Source: Marispirochaeta sp.
GTDB taxonomy: Bacteria; Spirochaetota; Spirochaetia; JC444; Marispirochaetaceae
DNA length: 64,000 nt
NCBI GenBank assembly: GCA_963676835.2
Contig: CAXXFF010000003.1
Location: 672,001-736,000, forward strand
Direction: 5' to 3'
A program made the translations under genes and the position numbers. Below, piece after piece: positions 10,601 through 17,361 of this stretch. The notes under the pieces are model-generated. The model did not search any database, was not told where the DNA came from, and worked only from the letters and a program-made list of their open reading frames with translations. Position 1 is the first letter of the stretch; every line of letters begins with the position of its first letter.

Positions 10601-13600
10601 ATCAGCCTGACGGAAAAGAACTTTTTTATTTATCGATATACCTTCACTGTCAAATACCGGCAAGCGGCAGCTGCCTGCAGAAACATCTGTAACAGTTGTA
10701 TCCGAATTTTCCGGTGAGAAACTCGTTAGCGCTGTTTCACTCACCAATCCTTCGTCGGTGACTTCAAAATCACCATTGGCATTATAGATAATTCCCCTCT
10801 CAAGCTCAGTCCAGGTCCGGATGCCAAGATCCGATAAAGATGAAATAACAACTGCAGTATCCTCAGGCTTATCAAGAATGTCCTTTATCACATAGTTACT
10901 GTCGTCATCAGAGTAGAATGGAAAAACCTCATCCATCGCACGGTAACGGCCGCATGCTAAAGTGAATAATGCCGTTTGATCAACGTTAAAATTTTGCTGC
11001 AGTGAATACCAGTTATTTAAATCTGAATCTAAGTACTCTACAAATAATTCAGTAATATCATTACGTATCCCTGCATCCTGAGAAGCCAGGAAAATTGCAA
11101 ATTCATCTTCACTTAACAGAATAATTCCCTGTATGCCGGGGTCAATAGTATCAAGGATTGAATCCGGAATATCATGAAGAGCATCAGTTTGCTGTAGATA
11201 TATAAGCAGGCCGCTTTCAAACCCCGGGCCTTTCGGCATATAAGTATCCAAAAACTCATCATATTCAAAAGAATCTGTCATAGAGAGAAGATCAGCCTCG
11301 CTTAGCCCAGAAGAGGCTGCCAGCCAGTCAGTGCTGCTTACGGGAAAAAGAGAGGAAACCCCATACTGCTCCCCGGAAATTACAGAAGGGATAACAGTCT
11401 CTTCGAACAACGCCTCCGGTATCGATTGAAGCAAGGAAGTCTCACCTTCCAAATTAAAAAATCGCGTAATACCATCTTCAACAACTTCACAATGAAACCC
11501 ATCACCTGTTTCGGAGACTGTTCCGGCAGGTGTTGTACCTGATTCATCATGCTTAAGAATTTGTGGTTCTGCTCCTGCATTTAAAATGTATGAATAGGAT
11601 GGATTTTGAGTATCTTCCTCCAGAAAAACCTGGTCCAGTAGAAAACTACCATTTTCAATTAACACCTTTTCACTGCCATTCCAGTCAGCCTCAAGTCGAA
11701 TTTCCGGAGAAAGATCCTCGTCAGTAACCGTAGCAGTAAGCAGACGAAACTCACCGGTAGAATCCGGATAGCCCTGAGGCAAATCTTCTGCATCCGGGTA
11801 CACCAGCGATCGTAAGGCATCCATACCGATAAGTGATCGCCACGGATCATCATATTTACGAATAACTGCAAGTCCGGCTGAATCTGTACAATAATAGACC
11901 TTCTCTTCCGGAGAATAGGTAAAAGAATAAAAAAGTGTATAACGATCAGACGCAGAAATCTGGTGAGTAAAGCCAACGGGAGTAATATTGTAGTCAGGTG
12001 AGACTAAATTAAGCAGAGGTTCAAACATGACTGCAGGAACTCTGGTAAAGTTAAGGTAACAATTTCTTATTAACACATCCTGCAGAGTGGGATTGGCTTC
12101 TACAAGTGCTTTCCAGTTAGAACGACGGTTATAAACCCTGACATTCTGCTCATCGATTTGTTCAAAGGTGGAGGTGTAGAGGGGATCAAATCCCGAATCA
12201 CCATCAGGTAGGCTTCTGTAAGTCTTTAATGGAATGTCCACAAACGTGCTGAGGTCCTCCATTGATTCCAGCAATTTGATAGAGGAGTAGTGAATAGTGG
12301 AGTTCCATAAAACATCATCTCCTCTCGGATCTCCTTTTGTATCAAGATGAAAATATATTGGCTCTCCTTTATTAATATGAACATTTTCAATCTCCAGAGG
12401 GTTTGTACTTACTCCACCTGGCAAAATATCACTGGCAGCTTCTATCCCTCCCGGCGCCCGCACTACAGCAACAGCATCACAATAACTGCTGAACCCGGTT
12501 TCCACAGGAGTAAATGAATTGGACACATTAACGGTTCCGGACCTGTAGGCCTTCCATTTTCTGACTGGCTCCTGAATAAAATAGCCTTTCTCCAGGCTGG
12601 CGCCTTGCTTGCTCGAAACCTCGGCTATTTCACTGCTGTCAGAAGGAGTTTCGATTATCTTTGAAATAAATCCTTTACCCTCATTATTCAGATAATATCC
12701 GTCAAAATCGGTGGCTGCAAAATCTACAAAACCATCTCCATTCAGATCAGAAAAACTGCTTCTTGTTTTTGATTGCCCCCACTGCCAGGTAGTCGATCCG
12801 CTTAAAGGAATAACTCCAGCGGAAAGTCCGAAATTGTATGATGAAGATCGGACCTCATTAACATTTCGCGACAGAGAACCAAAATCTATAGCCTTAGCTC
12901 CAGTGTTGAAAACACCTTCATCCTGAGGGAAACACACCGCATCCTTTCCTCTGGACAATACGACATCTGACAAACCATCTCCGGTTAAGTCCATAAGTGA
13001 CAACTCAGTTCTGGCTTTGGAAGTATTTGCATCGGCACGTAATCCAAAATGGGCATACCGTTCCCACTTAAGGCCGCCAAAGAAATCAATTTTGGGCCCA
13101 TACAGACCAATCCCCGTGTACAGGCTTACACCTACTCCGGAAGTCCGGTCTTCCTGCAGAGCTGGCACTTTGGCAGGATCTTCAAGCACAATGGACCGCT
13201 CCCCTTCCCCGAAACCTTTATACCCGTCACCCTGAACCTCCGGCTCATAGTAATCAAAGCGGTAGCAGTAAAACTCACTGCCGGAGCCGTCGCTTTCGGA
13301 AAGCTCCGCCAACTGGGTCTGGCCGAAAATATTCTGTCCATAGGTAAAATCATAACGCCGGAACATGAGACCGTCATAAGAAACCTCAACACCTTGTAAC
13401 AGGCGGGTCAGCTTGGAGACAAACTTGCCCCGGGCATCGCTGCGACGGTCCGGCCTGGCTTCGGGAGAAGAGTCCATGTCAAAATGAATACGGTAGAGCC
13501 CGGTCGAGCCGTCTCCGGTATGGCCGGAATAACGGATATCGGAAAGATACGCTGTCTTGTTTGCAAGGTCTTTATCGTAGGAATAATCCGCCGTATTACC

Positions 13601-14707
13601 GTTGGAATCAATAATCCTGCTCAAATACCAGTGGTAGATTCTGCTGCGGTCACCCGCATCCGGACCCGTCCAGCCGTCGCCGGTGCCGTAGATACGCTTC
13701 GTTCCGCCCTTGTCGGTAACCTCCCAGCGGCGGTCATCATTCACATACCAGAGTATCCGCTCAAAGCTCCCCTCTTTCCGCCGGATGTACTTCATGGCAC
13801 CGTCTTCCATTTCGCCGCTGAAGAGCAGCTCCTCTCCGTTCAACAGAAAAGTATCTTCCGTATCGTAATCGGGAAGGCCGAAACGGGTATCGATGGAAAC
13901 CGACGGTACACTTATGTCAAAGCCCCGGCCCATCCAGCTGTTCTGCTGTTCCGATGAGTAGGAAACAGACAGCTGAGGCGTTGCGGAACCCCGCCCTTTG
14001 GGAATGCGTAAAGGCAGTGAAAAGCCTGCGCCCCCCATGGTGTCCGCCTTAAGGCCCTGCACCCGGGGAACCTCCGCCGTTGGGTCGGCTGCTTTGAGGT
14101 CTTTTATACTGTTGACATTAAACTCCACCGCCTGAGGCCCTTCCGGCAAAGTCAGGGTGGAGGTAATCATATCGGTAAAATGGGTGGTAAGGCTGGTAAT
14201 AACTGCGGCATCATGGTCGATACCGTAACGTTCAAGCTTGTTCCATTTTCCCGGAGCCTCATCATAATACCAAGTGTAAAGATTGGAGAGAGCTGTTTCC
14301 GAAGCAAGTATCTGCCTGTCGAAGGGAAGGGAGACTTTAACCGCCCGGGAAAAGGTCTGTCCGTCGGGGAGAAAACGGTATCCTGCCGCCCCGGAGGTTA
14401 CATTGGCCATACCGCTGTTAAGCCGGGCAATATTGCTAAGCTTTTCTACGGTAATGACGGTAGTTTTGCTTACTGCCCCGGAGGGGACCTCCATGGAGAC
14501 CTCGGGCGAGCGGAACACTCCTCCTTCCCCGGGAGTAACGGTAAACTCGGCAATAACCTCATTGCCCGGTTCCTCACTCACCTGTACCGCCGGCGTGGTT
14601 GGAGAGAGAGAAACCTCTCCGGGTTGGGCGAAAACAGGGGGAGCAACGGAGCTCAAAAAGAACAGCTCCAGAAGGAAAAAGCTTATTAGCCGGTTTCTTA
14701 TATTCAT
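4637..14707 (-). CDS. Giant Rhs/YD-repeat polymorphic toxin: signal peptide, ZU5-like domain, SpvB/TcB-like N-terminal domain, six FG-GAP-like repeats, YD repeats, Rhs-associated core, C-terminal toxin domain
   Basis: 3356 aa; GGAGFSLPLRIPKGRGSATPQLSVSYSS...WMGRGFDI (SpvB); D[LIM][TN]GD[GR]xxD repeats; YYHPDHLGS, RFTGKEYDEETGLYYYGARYLDP, PLKYVDPTGL. Confidence 0.93.
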   Translation of the reverse strand: MNIRNRLISFFLLELFFLSSVAPPVFAQPGEVSLSPTTPAVQVSEEPGNEVIAEFTVTPGEGGVFRSPEVSMEVPSGAVSKTTVITVEKLSNIARLNSGMANVTSGAAGYRFLPDGQTFSRAVKVSLPFDRQILASETALSNLYTWYYDEAPGKWNKLERYGIDHDAAVITSLTTHFTDMITSTLTLPEGPQAVEFNVNSIKDLKAADPTAEVPRVQGLKADTMGGAGFSLPLRIPKGRGSATPQLSVSYSSEQQNSWMGRGFDISVPSVSIDTRFGLPDYDTEDTFLLNGEELLFSGEMEDGAMKYIRRKEGSFERILWYVNDDRRWEVTDKGGTKRIYGTGDGWTGPDAGDRSRIYHWYLSRIIDSNGNTADYSYDKDLANKTAYLSDIRYSGHTGDGSTGLYRIHFDMDSSPEARPDRRSDARGKFVSKLTRLLQGVEVSYDGLMFRRYDFTYGQNIFGQTQLAELSESDGSGSEFYCYRFDYYEPEVQGDGYKGFGEGERSIVLEDPAKVPALQEDRTSGVGVSLYTGIGLYGPKIDFFGGLKWERYAHFGLRADANTSKARTELSLMDLTGDGLSDVVLSRGKDAVCFPQDEGVFNTGAKAIDFGSLSRNVNEVRSSSYNFGLSAGVIPLSGSTTWQWGQSKTRSSFSDLNGDGFVDFAATDFDGYYLNNEGKGFISKIIETPSDSSEIAEVSSKQGASLEKGYFIQEPVRKWKAYRSGTVNVSNSFTPVETGFSSYCDAVAVVRAPGGIEAASDILPGGVSTNPLEIENVHINKGEPIYFHLDTKGDPRGDDVLWNSTIHYSSIKLLESMEDLSTFVDIPLKTYRSLPDGDSGFDPLYTSTFEQIDEQNVRVYNRRSNWKALVEANPTLQDVLIRNCYLNFTRVPAVMFEPLLNLVSPDYNITPVGFTHQISASDRYTLFYSFTYSPEEKVYYCTDSAGLAVIRKYDDPWRSLIGMDALRSLVYPDAEDLPQGYPDSTGEFRLLTATVTDEDLSPEIRLEADWNGSEKVLIENGSFLLDQVFLEEDTQNPSYSYILNAGAEPQILKHDESGTTPAGTVSETGDGFHCEVVEDGITRFFNLEGETSLLQSIPEALFEETVIPSVISGEQYGVSSLFPVSSTDWLAASSGLSEADLLSMTDSFEYDEFLDTYMPKGPGFESGLLIYLQQTDALHDIPDSILDTIDPGIQGIILLSEDEFAIFLASQDAGIRNDITELFVEYLDSDLNNWYSLQQNFNVDQTALFTLACGRYRAMDEVFPFYSDDDSNYVIKDILDKPEDTAVVISSLSDLGIRTWTELERGIIYNANGDFEVTDEGLVSETALTSFSPENSDTTVTDVSAGSCRLPVFDSEGISINKKVLFRQADSLSDYSDLNLIDYSALDNLILAKFPESLPSSSEGDYLNNLSKKSYSRESFAGGVHGWFYGVWTGYYDWDAEKLVEVPEYEEGNGEVPSLEVLQSSDPVDPPWFLAMSPNYSEEDDSYKITEDGRVYKELVPENAWIGSNSSYSEAEWDETGTMVFNEYTFAPYLQEDRYHPARLGGDLYYSAPTSSTLCGQGQLGDLRKSKNDNVDINLSAFMNLIGGSRNTGNSWMYKDFIDINGDRYPDVVQFPSDGGTSVTVQYGSIASDNTFTLQNETGLSARLNYMTKSSNECYGFGSSPMAVIGGIMQTYKDGKVESNQITATDGSSGASVSINGTTSSNIQNIGFRDINGDGLPDQLERTGSGSSSVALNTGNGFDPQTQWNGGLYKVLLPEIFESQQESEGIEYSNAGSFGGSVSTGVTAGAIGFGASGSETGSVNRTIYRMLDMNGDGLPDQVAKMPDEGFFEVCFNLGDTFAEEPVKIYRPDWSGINFAGMMTASICNEITSAVRNFTGIDISALPDFSIDLGGLDFIDKFGAGLNPFNVDDTLEYSAGLSLGVNGTVTFQIPVLWLILFEMTPGISGSYVHTSTSLKFQDITGDGLPDHVLRVPGENRIRVMESALGTVGLLKTIHTPFGGSTELSYKRVGNTVEMPQSRWVPETITMKDGIEGDTERPGAHEFVTGFEFEQGVYDRTERMFCGFTTVRTLRYENYDSEVPANTAIASVQEDTYAVDPAYDDNFFRRGLLIKRAVYDVHPLDPAAQEYSESSMTYSYIPFASGSVIPRLESETETVFDQETGARLDKLMEYTLYDSYGNVRELTDAGLVGDPEDDMRAEITYADLDADAYMHAHPETILVYDAEDNLLRKRIGRYFADTGNLRQLEQYYTRDDYTLHTLAYDGFGNLTSVIDPRGCETAVVYDSSVHTFPLTIGTGNSIISGTPSYSTSMQWDYKYGKELQLTDQNLNSQYREYDSFGRMARVRSPYEPDSGDMPAVAFQYRTESFPWTAVTVNKISHDTASSEDMLTATFADGLGRIIQTAKEGEVRDGNDTLYGWNCSGLIAQDGAGRTVQEGQTVFLETADSQPVSGGLNTVLPALAGLSLPTIKTYDPLDRVKHIVFPDDPKDPDDDAEMQMEYGIEGNTMRELTIDPKQNRTETLKNIRGQVAELRMLDSGSRILKKAEYSYSPLGELQQSLEHQLETGLTYPVTYQYDLAGRRTSVESYDAGKIVFRYDDSGNLTEKIDSNLRASGRSIRYDYDGLNRLIRVNYPKTTATEYAYGSPVDTADNLAGRLITRSDASGTIEYAYGKLGEVSETIRTLNRLDQTLDAETASTSFVYDYLGRLEEITYPDGETVAYTYNTGGQVQSVTGITKGQSTTYIEDIGYDTYGQRVYMKYGNSVETHYTYNPYRRWLDSIETGKEGAARRYQNISYSFDTVGNITGYTNDVYGYTTTQTYGYDALNQLTGADGTYRHHPDGIDVTTSIYSQDYVYDSLGNFQQKNSSQRYVPSTTPKGALNYEQEYSYYEGTPHRVQWIGNIYYSYDKNGNVIEERKGGPSAEAEAGESTLSVDGDLRSVNRGFALMRTEEDDQASTYCRTYTWDEENRLVGFDTTNTQVKYLYDADNMRTSKYNLSASEETLYFDQFFQGVTEGSDFRQSKHIYLGESRIATRLSLEKDNISGTNFDYERVNTYYYHPDHLGSAQFVTDHEGEKYEHLEYTPYGELWEEQIDPLADVIPFRFTGKEYDEETGLYYYGARYLDPKRGRWMSSDPAMDGMNWYGYCSNNPLKYVDPTGLADVIGEHVKTGEIITDRQYEPTKFTAEVFRSRSSYESKYGELDTQGKDFLVISAETILGEKGKHFVGGLQTVDIQTEGNRDQPISGSQLQGNTIAPGKFDMEYKSTSGSIPGVVLEIQNTSTIDGTVIGRDGNAVGGGANRGGRWLYHGNASLGNPEVDYNNKGSDGCFIPSSSEFNDSIDFMESWGIQEGTIINGLLKEF

Positions 14708-14756
14708 GTACTACTCCAGTTTTTAATTCACATTTTTTATCAGTTTACGTTTGTCG

Positions 14757-15428
14757 CTATAATTCGGTAAAAATCACATGCACCGATTCCTGAGGGAAAC
14801 TGTCTTCAGGAGAGATAACCACCAGATACCCGTTAGCCCCGCTCTGGTGCAGAGGCGGTTCCTCATCGAGAAATGTTGTTTCCAGCACATCGTTCAGATA
14901 GAGCTGATAGTTGCTTTCGCTGTTATCCCAGACAACCCGGATGCGGTTGCCTTTGTTGTAACCGTCAAGCAGGTTGTCCGAATCGGTCCAGGGAAAAAAC
15001 GGAAAGAATTCATCATCGACAACTTCTCCCACAATGTATTCAGCCGATGCATTTATCAGAACCACCAGCATGGTTTCCCCTGTATCCGGGTCGCCTGAGT
15101 CATAGTGGCAGAGAACAATTCCGTATCCTGCGACATCAGACCCGGAAACCTTATTACACTTTACTTCCCGTTCTGAAAAAGGATCTGCACTAGTACCGTT
15201 TAAAGCCCACAGGGTGTACCCCAGGGGGCTCCACCAGGCGGTATCGTTGGTAAGAAAAACAACTTCCCCCGGCCCACCGCCGTCAACAAAAAGCTCCCCC
15301 ACCTCTGCGATATCTTCACCGCCGGTACCGGAAGATGTGGCAGGTGTCGGGGTTACCGGACACCCGGTCAAAAGAACTGATAGAATAACCAGACCGAGGC
15401 AGAGACATCCTTCAATACGATTCTTCAT
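14757..15428 (-). CDS. Lipoprotein, possibly a concanavalin-A-like beta-sandwich
   Basis: Lipobox LLTGC; beta-rich GYGIVL...GNRIRVV...YQLYLND pattern; starts 1 nt after the upstream stop. Confidence 0.6.
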   Translation of the reverse strand: MKNRIEGCLCLGLVILSVLLTGCPVTPTPATSSGTGGEDIAEVGELFVDGGGPGEVVFLTNDTAWWSPLGYTLWALNGTSADPFSEREVKCNKVSGSDVAGYGIVLCHYDSGDPDTGETMLVVLINASAEYIVGEVVDDEFFPFFPWTDSDNLLDGYNKGNRIRVVWDNSESNYQLYLNDVLETTFLDEEPPLHQSGANGYLVVISPEDSFPQESVHVIFTEL

Positions 15429-15429
15429 A

Positions 15430-16251
15430 TCAGCCGTCCGAATGGGGAATGGGCGAATCGCTCACAAATACCAGGGTGTATTCGATAACCGTTCCACCGG
15501 CTAACGGAGATTCATCTATGCAGACATCGGGATCGGGAAAAATCTTGAAGCGGAAAGCTGCCTCGGCAAACTGCTCATTATCGATGCAAAAAGCCTGGTC
15601 GCTGGTTATCTGCTCCGAAGCCCCTGCACCTTCCCGGAGATACCGGAGACAGGAACCATCCACTCCTATGGCGGGACTCTGCTGAACAACCTTCAATGTA
15701 AGGCGGTGTCCCGGATCGATGACAACATAAAACCAGTCATCATCCTGTATCCAGCGCATTCCCCCGCTCTGCTGATAGTAGTAGCTATTGCAGCTTAAGC
15801 TCACCTCGTTGCAGGGAAAATAGAAGGCAGAATCTTTGGTGTCGTTCGACTCATGGAGATCCTTGATACACTCATTGCCGATTCCCAGGGCGGGTTCCGA
15901 CGGGCCGAACTCGCTGTTTCCCTTAAGCTTGGCAAGGGTATACAGGTAGCGTTTTTCATCTTCAACGGCAGTATCGTTGTAGCTCCTTCCTGTGCCCTGG
16001 TATACTGTTGAATAGACCGGAACAACGTCGGTATCCTCCGCCCGGCGGAGGATGTACTCGTCAGCAGCTTCATCATCATCCCAGGAAACCTGAACAGAAA
16101 GTTCCTGCTCAAAGGAGATCGCATATGGCGGAGAAATTTCCGGATCCCGGGCAAGCCGGTTCATGGCGTCCATAAGGTCACCGTCGCAGCCGTAGATAAT
16201 TATGCAGAGAACCGTCAGCAAAGTAAGCCGGGAAAGAAATACCTTGTACAT
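15430..16251 (-). CDS. Lipoprotein with FN3-like domain and possible Ca-binding beta-sandwich
   Basis: Lipobox IIYGC; VQVSW...YILRR...YNDTAV...YLYTL FN3 pattern; DLHESND and DDDWF motifs; AGGAG RBS. Confidence 0.62.
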   Translation of the reverse strand: MYKVFLSRLTLLTVLCIIIYGCDGDLMDAMNRLARDPEISPPYAISFEQELSVQVSWDDDEAADEYILRRAEDTDVVPVYSTVYQGTGRSYNDTAVEDEKRYLYTLAKLKGNSEFGPSEPALGIGNECIKDLHESNDTKDSAFYFPCNEVSLSCNSYYYQQSGGMRWIQDDDWFYVVIDPGHRLTLKVVQQSPAIGVDGSCLRYLREGAGASEQITSDQAFCIDNEQFAEAAFRFKIFPDPDVCIDESPLAGGTVIEYTLVFVSDSPIPHSDG

Positions 16252-16317
16252 TTTTGCTCCTGTTTTTTTGTTTTCTTTTTTCTATTCATCTCTTCATTTC
16301 TACTTTTACCAGATTCT

Positions 16318-17361
16318 TTATTGCTTCAATTGGCCGATGCGGTAGTGCCCGGACAAGCCCAGAACAAGGGCAGCCTGCACGGGAGAGTAGAACGCAAACT
16401 CCAGAGCAGACCGGACTCCGATAGTCCAGGAATCAGTCAGCCCGTAGCGGTAGCCAAGCTGCAGAAAACAGCCCGCTGCGGTGTTGAAGGTGGAGTAGGC
16501 ACCGTAATAGAGCCGGTCCTGAAAGAGCAGATCGAACTGCATGCTCAGCCCGCCGCCAAGGTCTATAAACTGATTCTCCGCCAGCCCGGCACTCATGGTA
16601 AGGGGAAGATTCAGCCTGAAGCTGTGCAGAATAAAGCTCTCGTAATCCGCATCATTGACCGCAAGCGAATAGGCCAGGGTTAAGCCTGTCTGAAACTCCC
16701 AGGGAACATCCCCCCGCATAAACAGGGGCTGCACCGGGGTAAGCAGAAGACCTGACTCAAGCCGCGCTATCCCGGTGGATGTTTCCCCCCAGTCCCCTCC
16801 CGCGGGGGTCCAGTAATTTAAGTACAGAGGCAGAACGAAGATATTCTTCTCAGGAGCCGGCATGGGATCATAGGCACTCATGCCCAGGTCGGTATACAGA
16901 TAATCCAGGATTTTCCTCGTCAGCTCCTGCACCAACCGGTCATAATGATCCGCCGTATCCCGGGCAAGAAACAGTATCTCGATCTTCCGTGTTTCATGGT
17001 TATACATTCTCAGTTCGCAATCCCAGCCTATTTCCGTTCGGGTAAAAAAGCCGAAGAGCAGATAGGTAATGCCCCGGTCAGCACATAAGCGGGCAGCCTC
17101 CAGGTATCCTTCCGGAGAGTCCGCCCCTTGAGAGAGAGATTGAATCTGAGCAATGCCCTCATGATCTGTAATCTTAATGCTTTTCAGCAGATCGCCTGTA
17201 AAATCTCCACTGTCTATTTTTTCAACCCGATCCTCTGTCAGATTTCGGATGGATACCGGCGCCAGATAGATATCCAGAGCATGAAGTTGTAACAAGGAAC
17301 AAAGCAGAAATAATAGGCATAGAATTAAACGCCTGAGAGATGCTCTTGTATAATCAGCCAT
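16318..17361 (-). CDS. Exported two-domain protein with a probable C-terminal outer-membrane beta-barrel
   Basis: Signal peptide ending LHA; alpha/beta N-domain; alternating amphipathic strands in the C-half (LQLGYRYGL, LGLSGHYRIG); 8-bp overlap with the TPR gene. Confidence 0.55.
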   Translation of the reverse strand: MADYTRASLRRLILCLLFLLCSLLQLHALDIYLAPVSIRNLTEDRVEKIDSGDFTGDLLKSIKITDHEGIAQIQSLSQGADSPEGYLEAARLCADRGITYLLFGFFTRTEIGWDCELRMYNHETRKIEILFLARDTADHYDRLVQELTRKILDYLYTDLGMSAYDPMPAPEKNIFVLPLYLNYWTPAGGDWGETSTGIARLESGLLLTPVQPLFMRGDVPWEFQTGLTLAYSLAVNDADYESFILHSFRLNLPLTMSAGLAENQFIDLGGGLSMQFDLLFQDRLYYGAYSTFNTAAGCFLQLGYRYGLTDSWTIGVRSALEFAFYSPVQAALVLGLSGHYRIGQLKQ

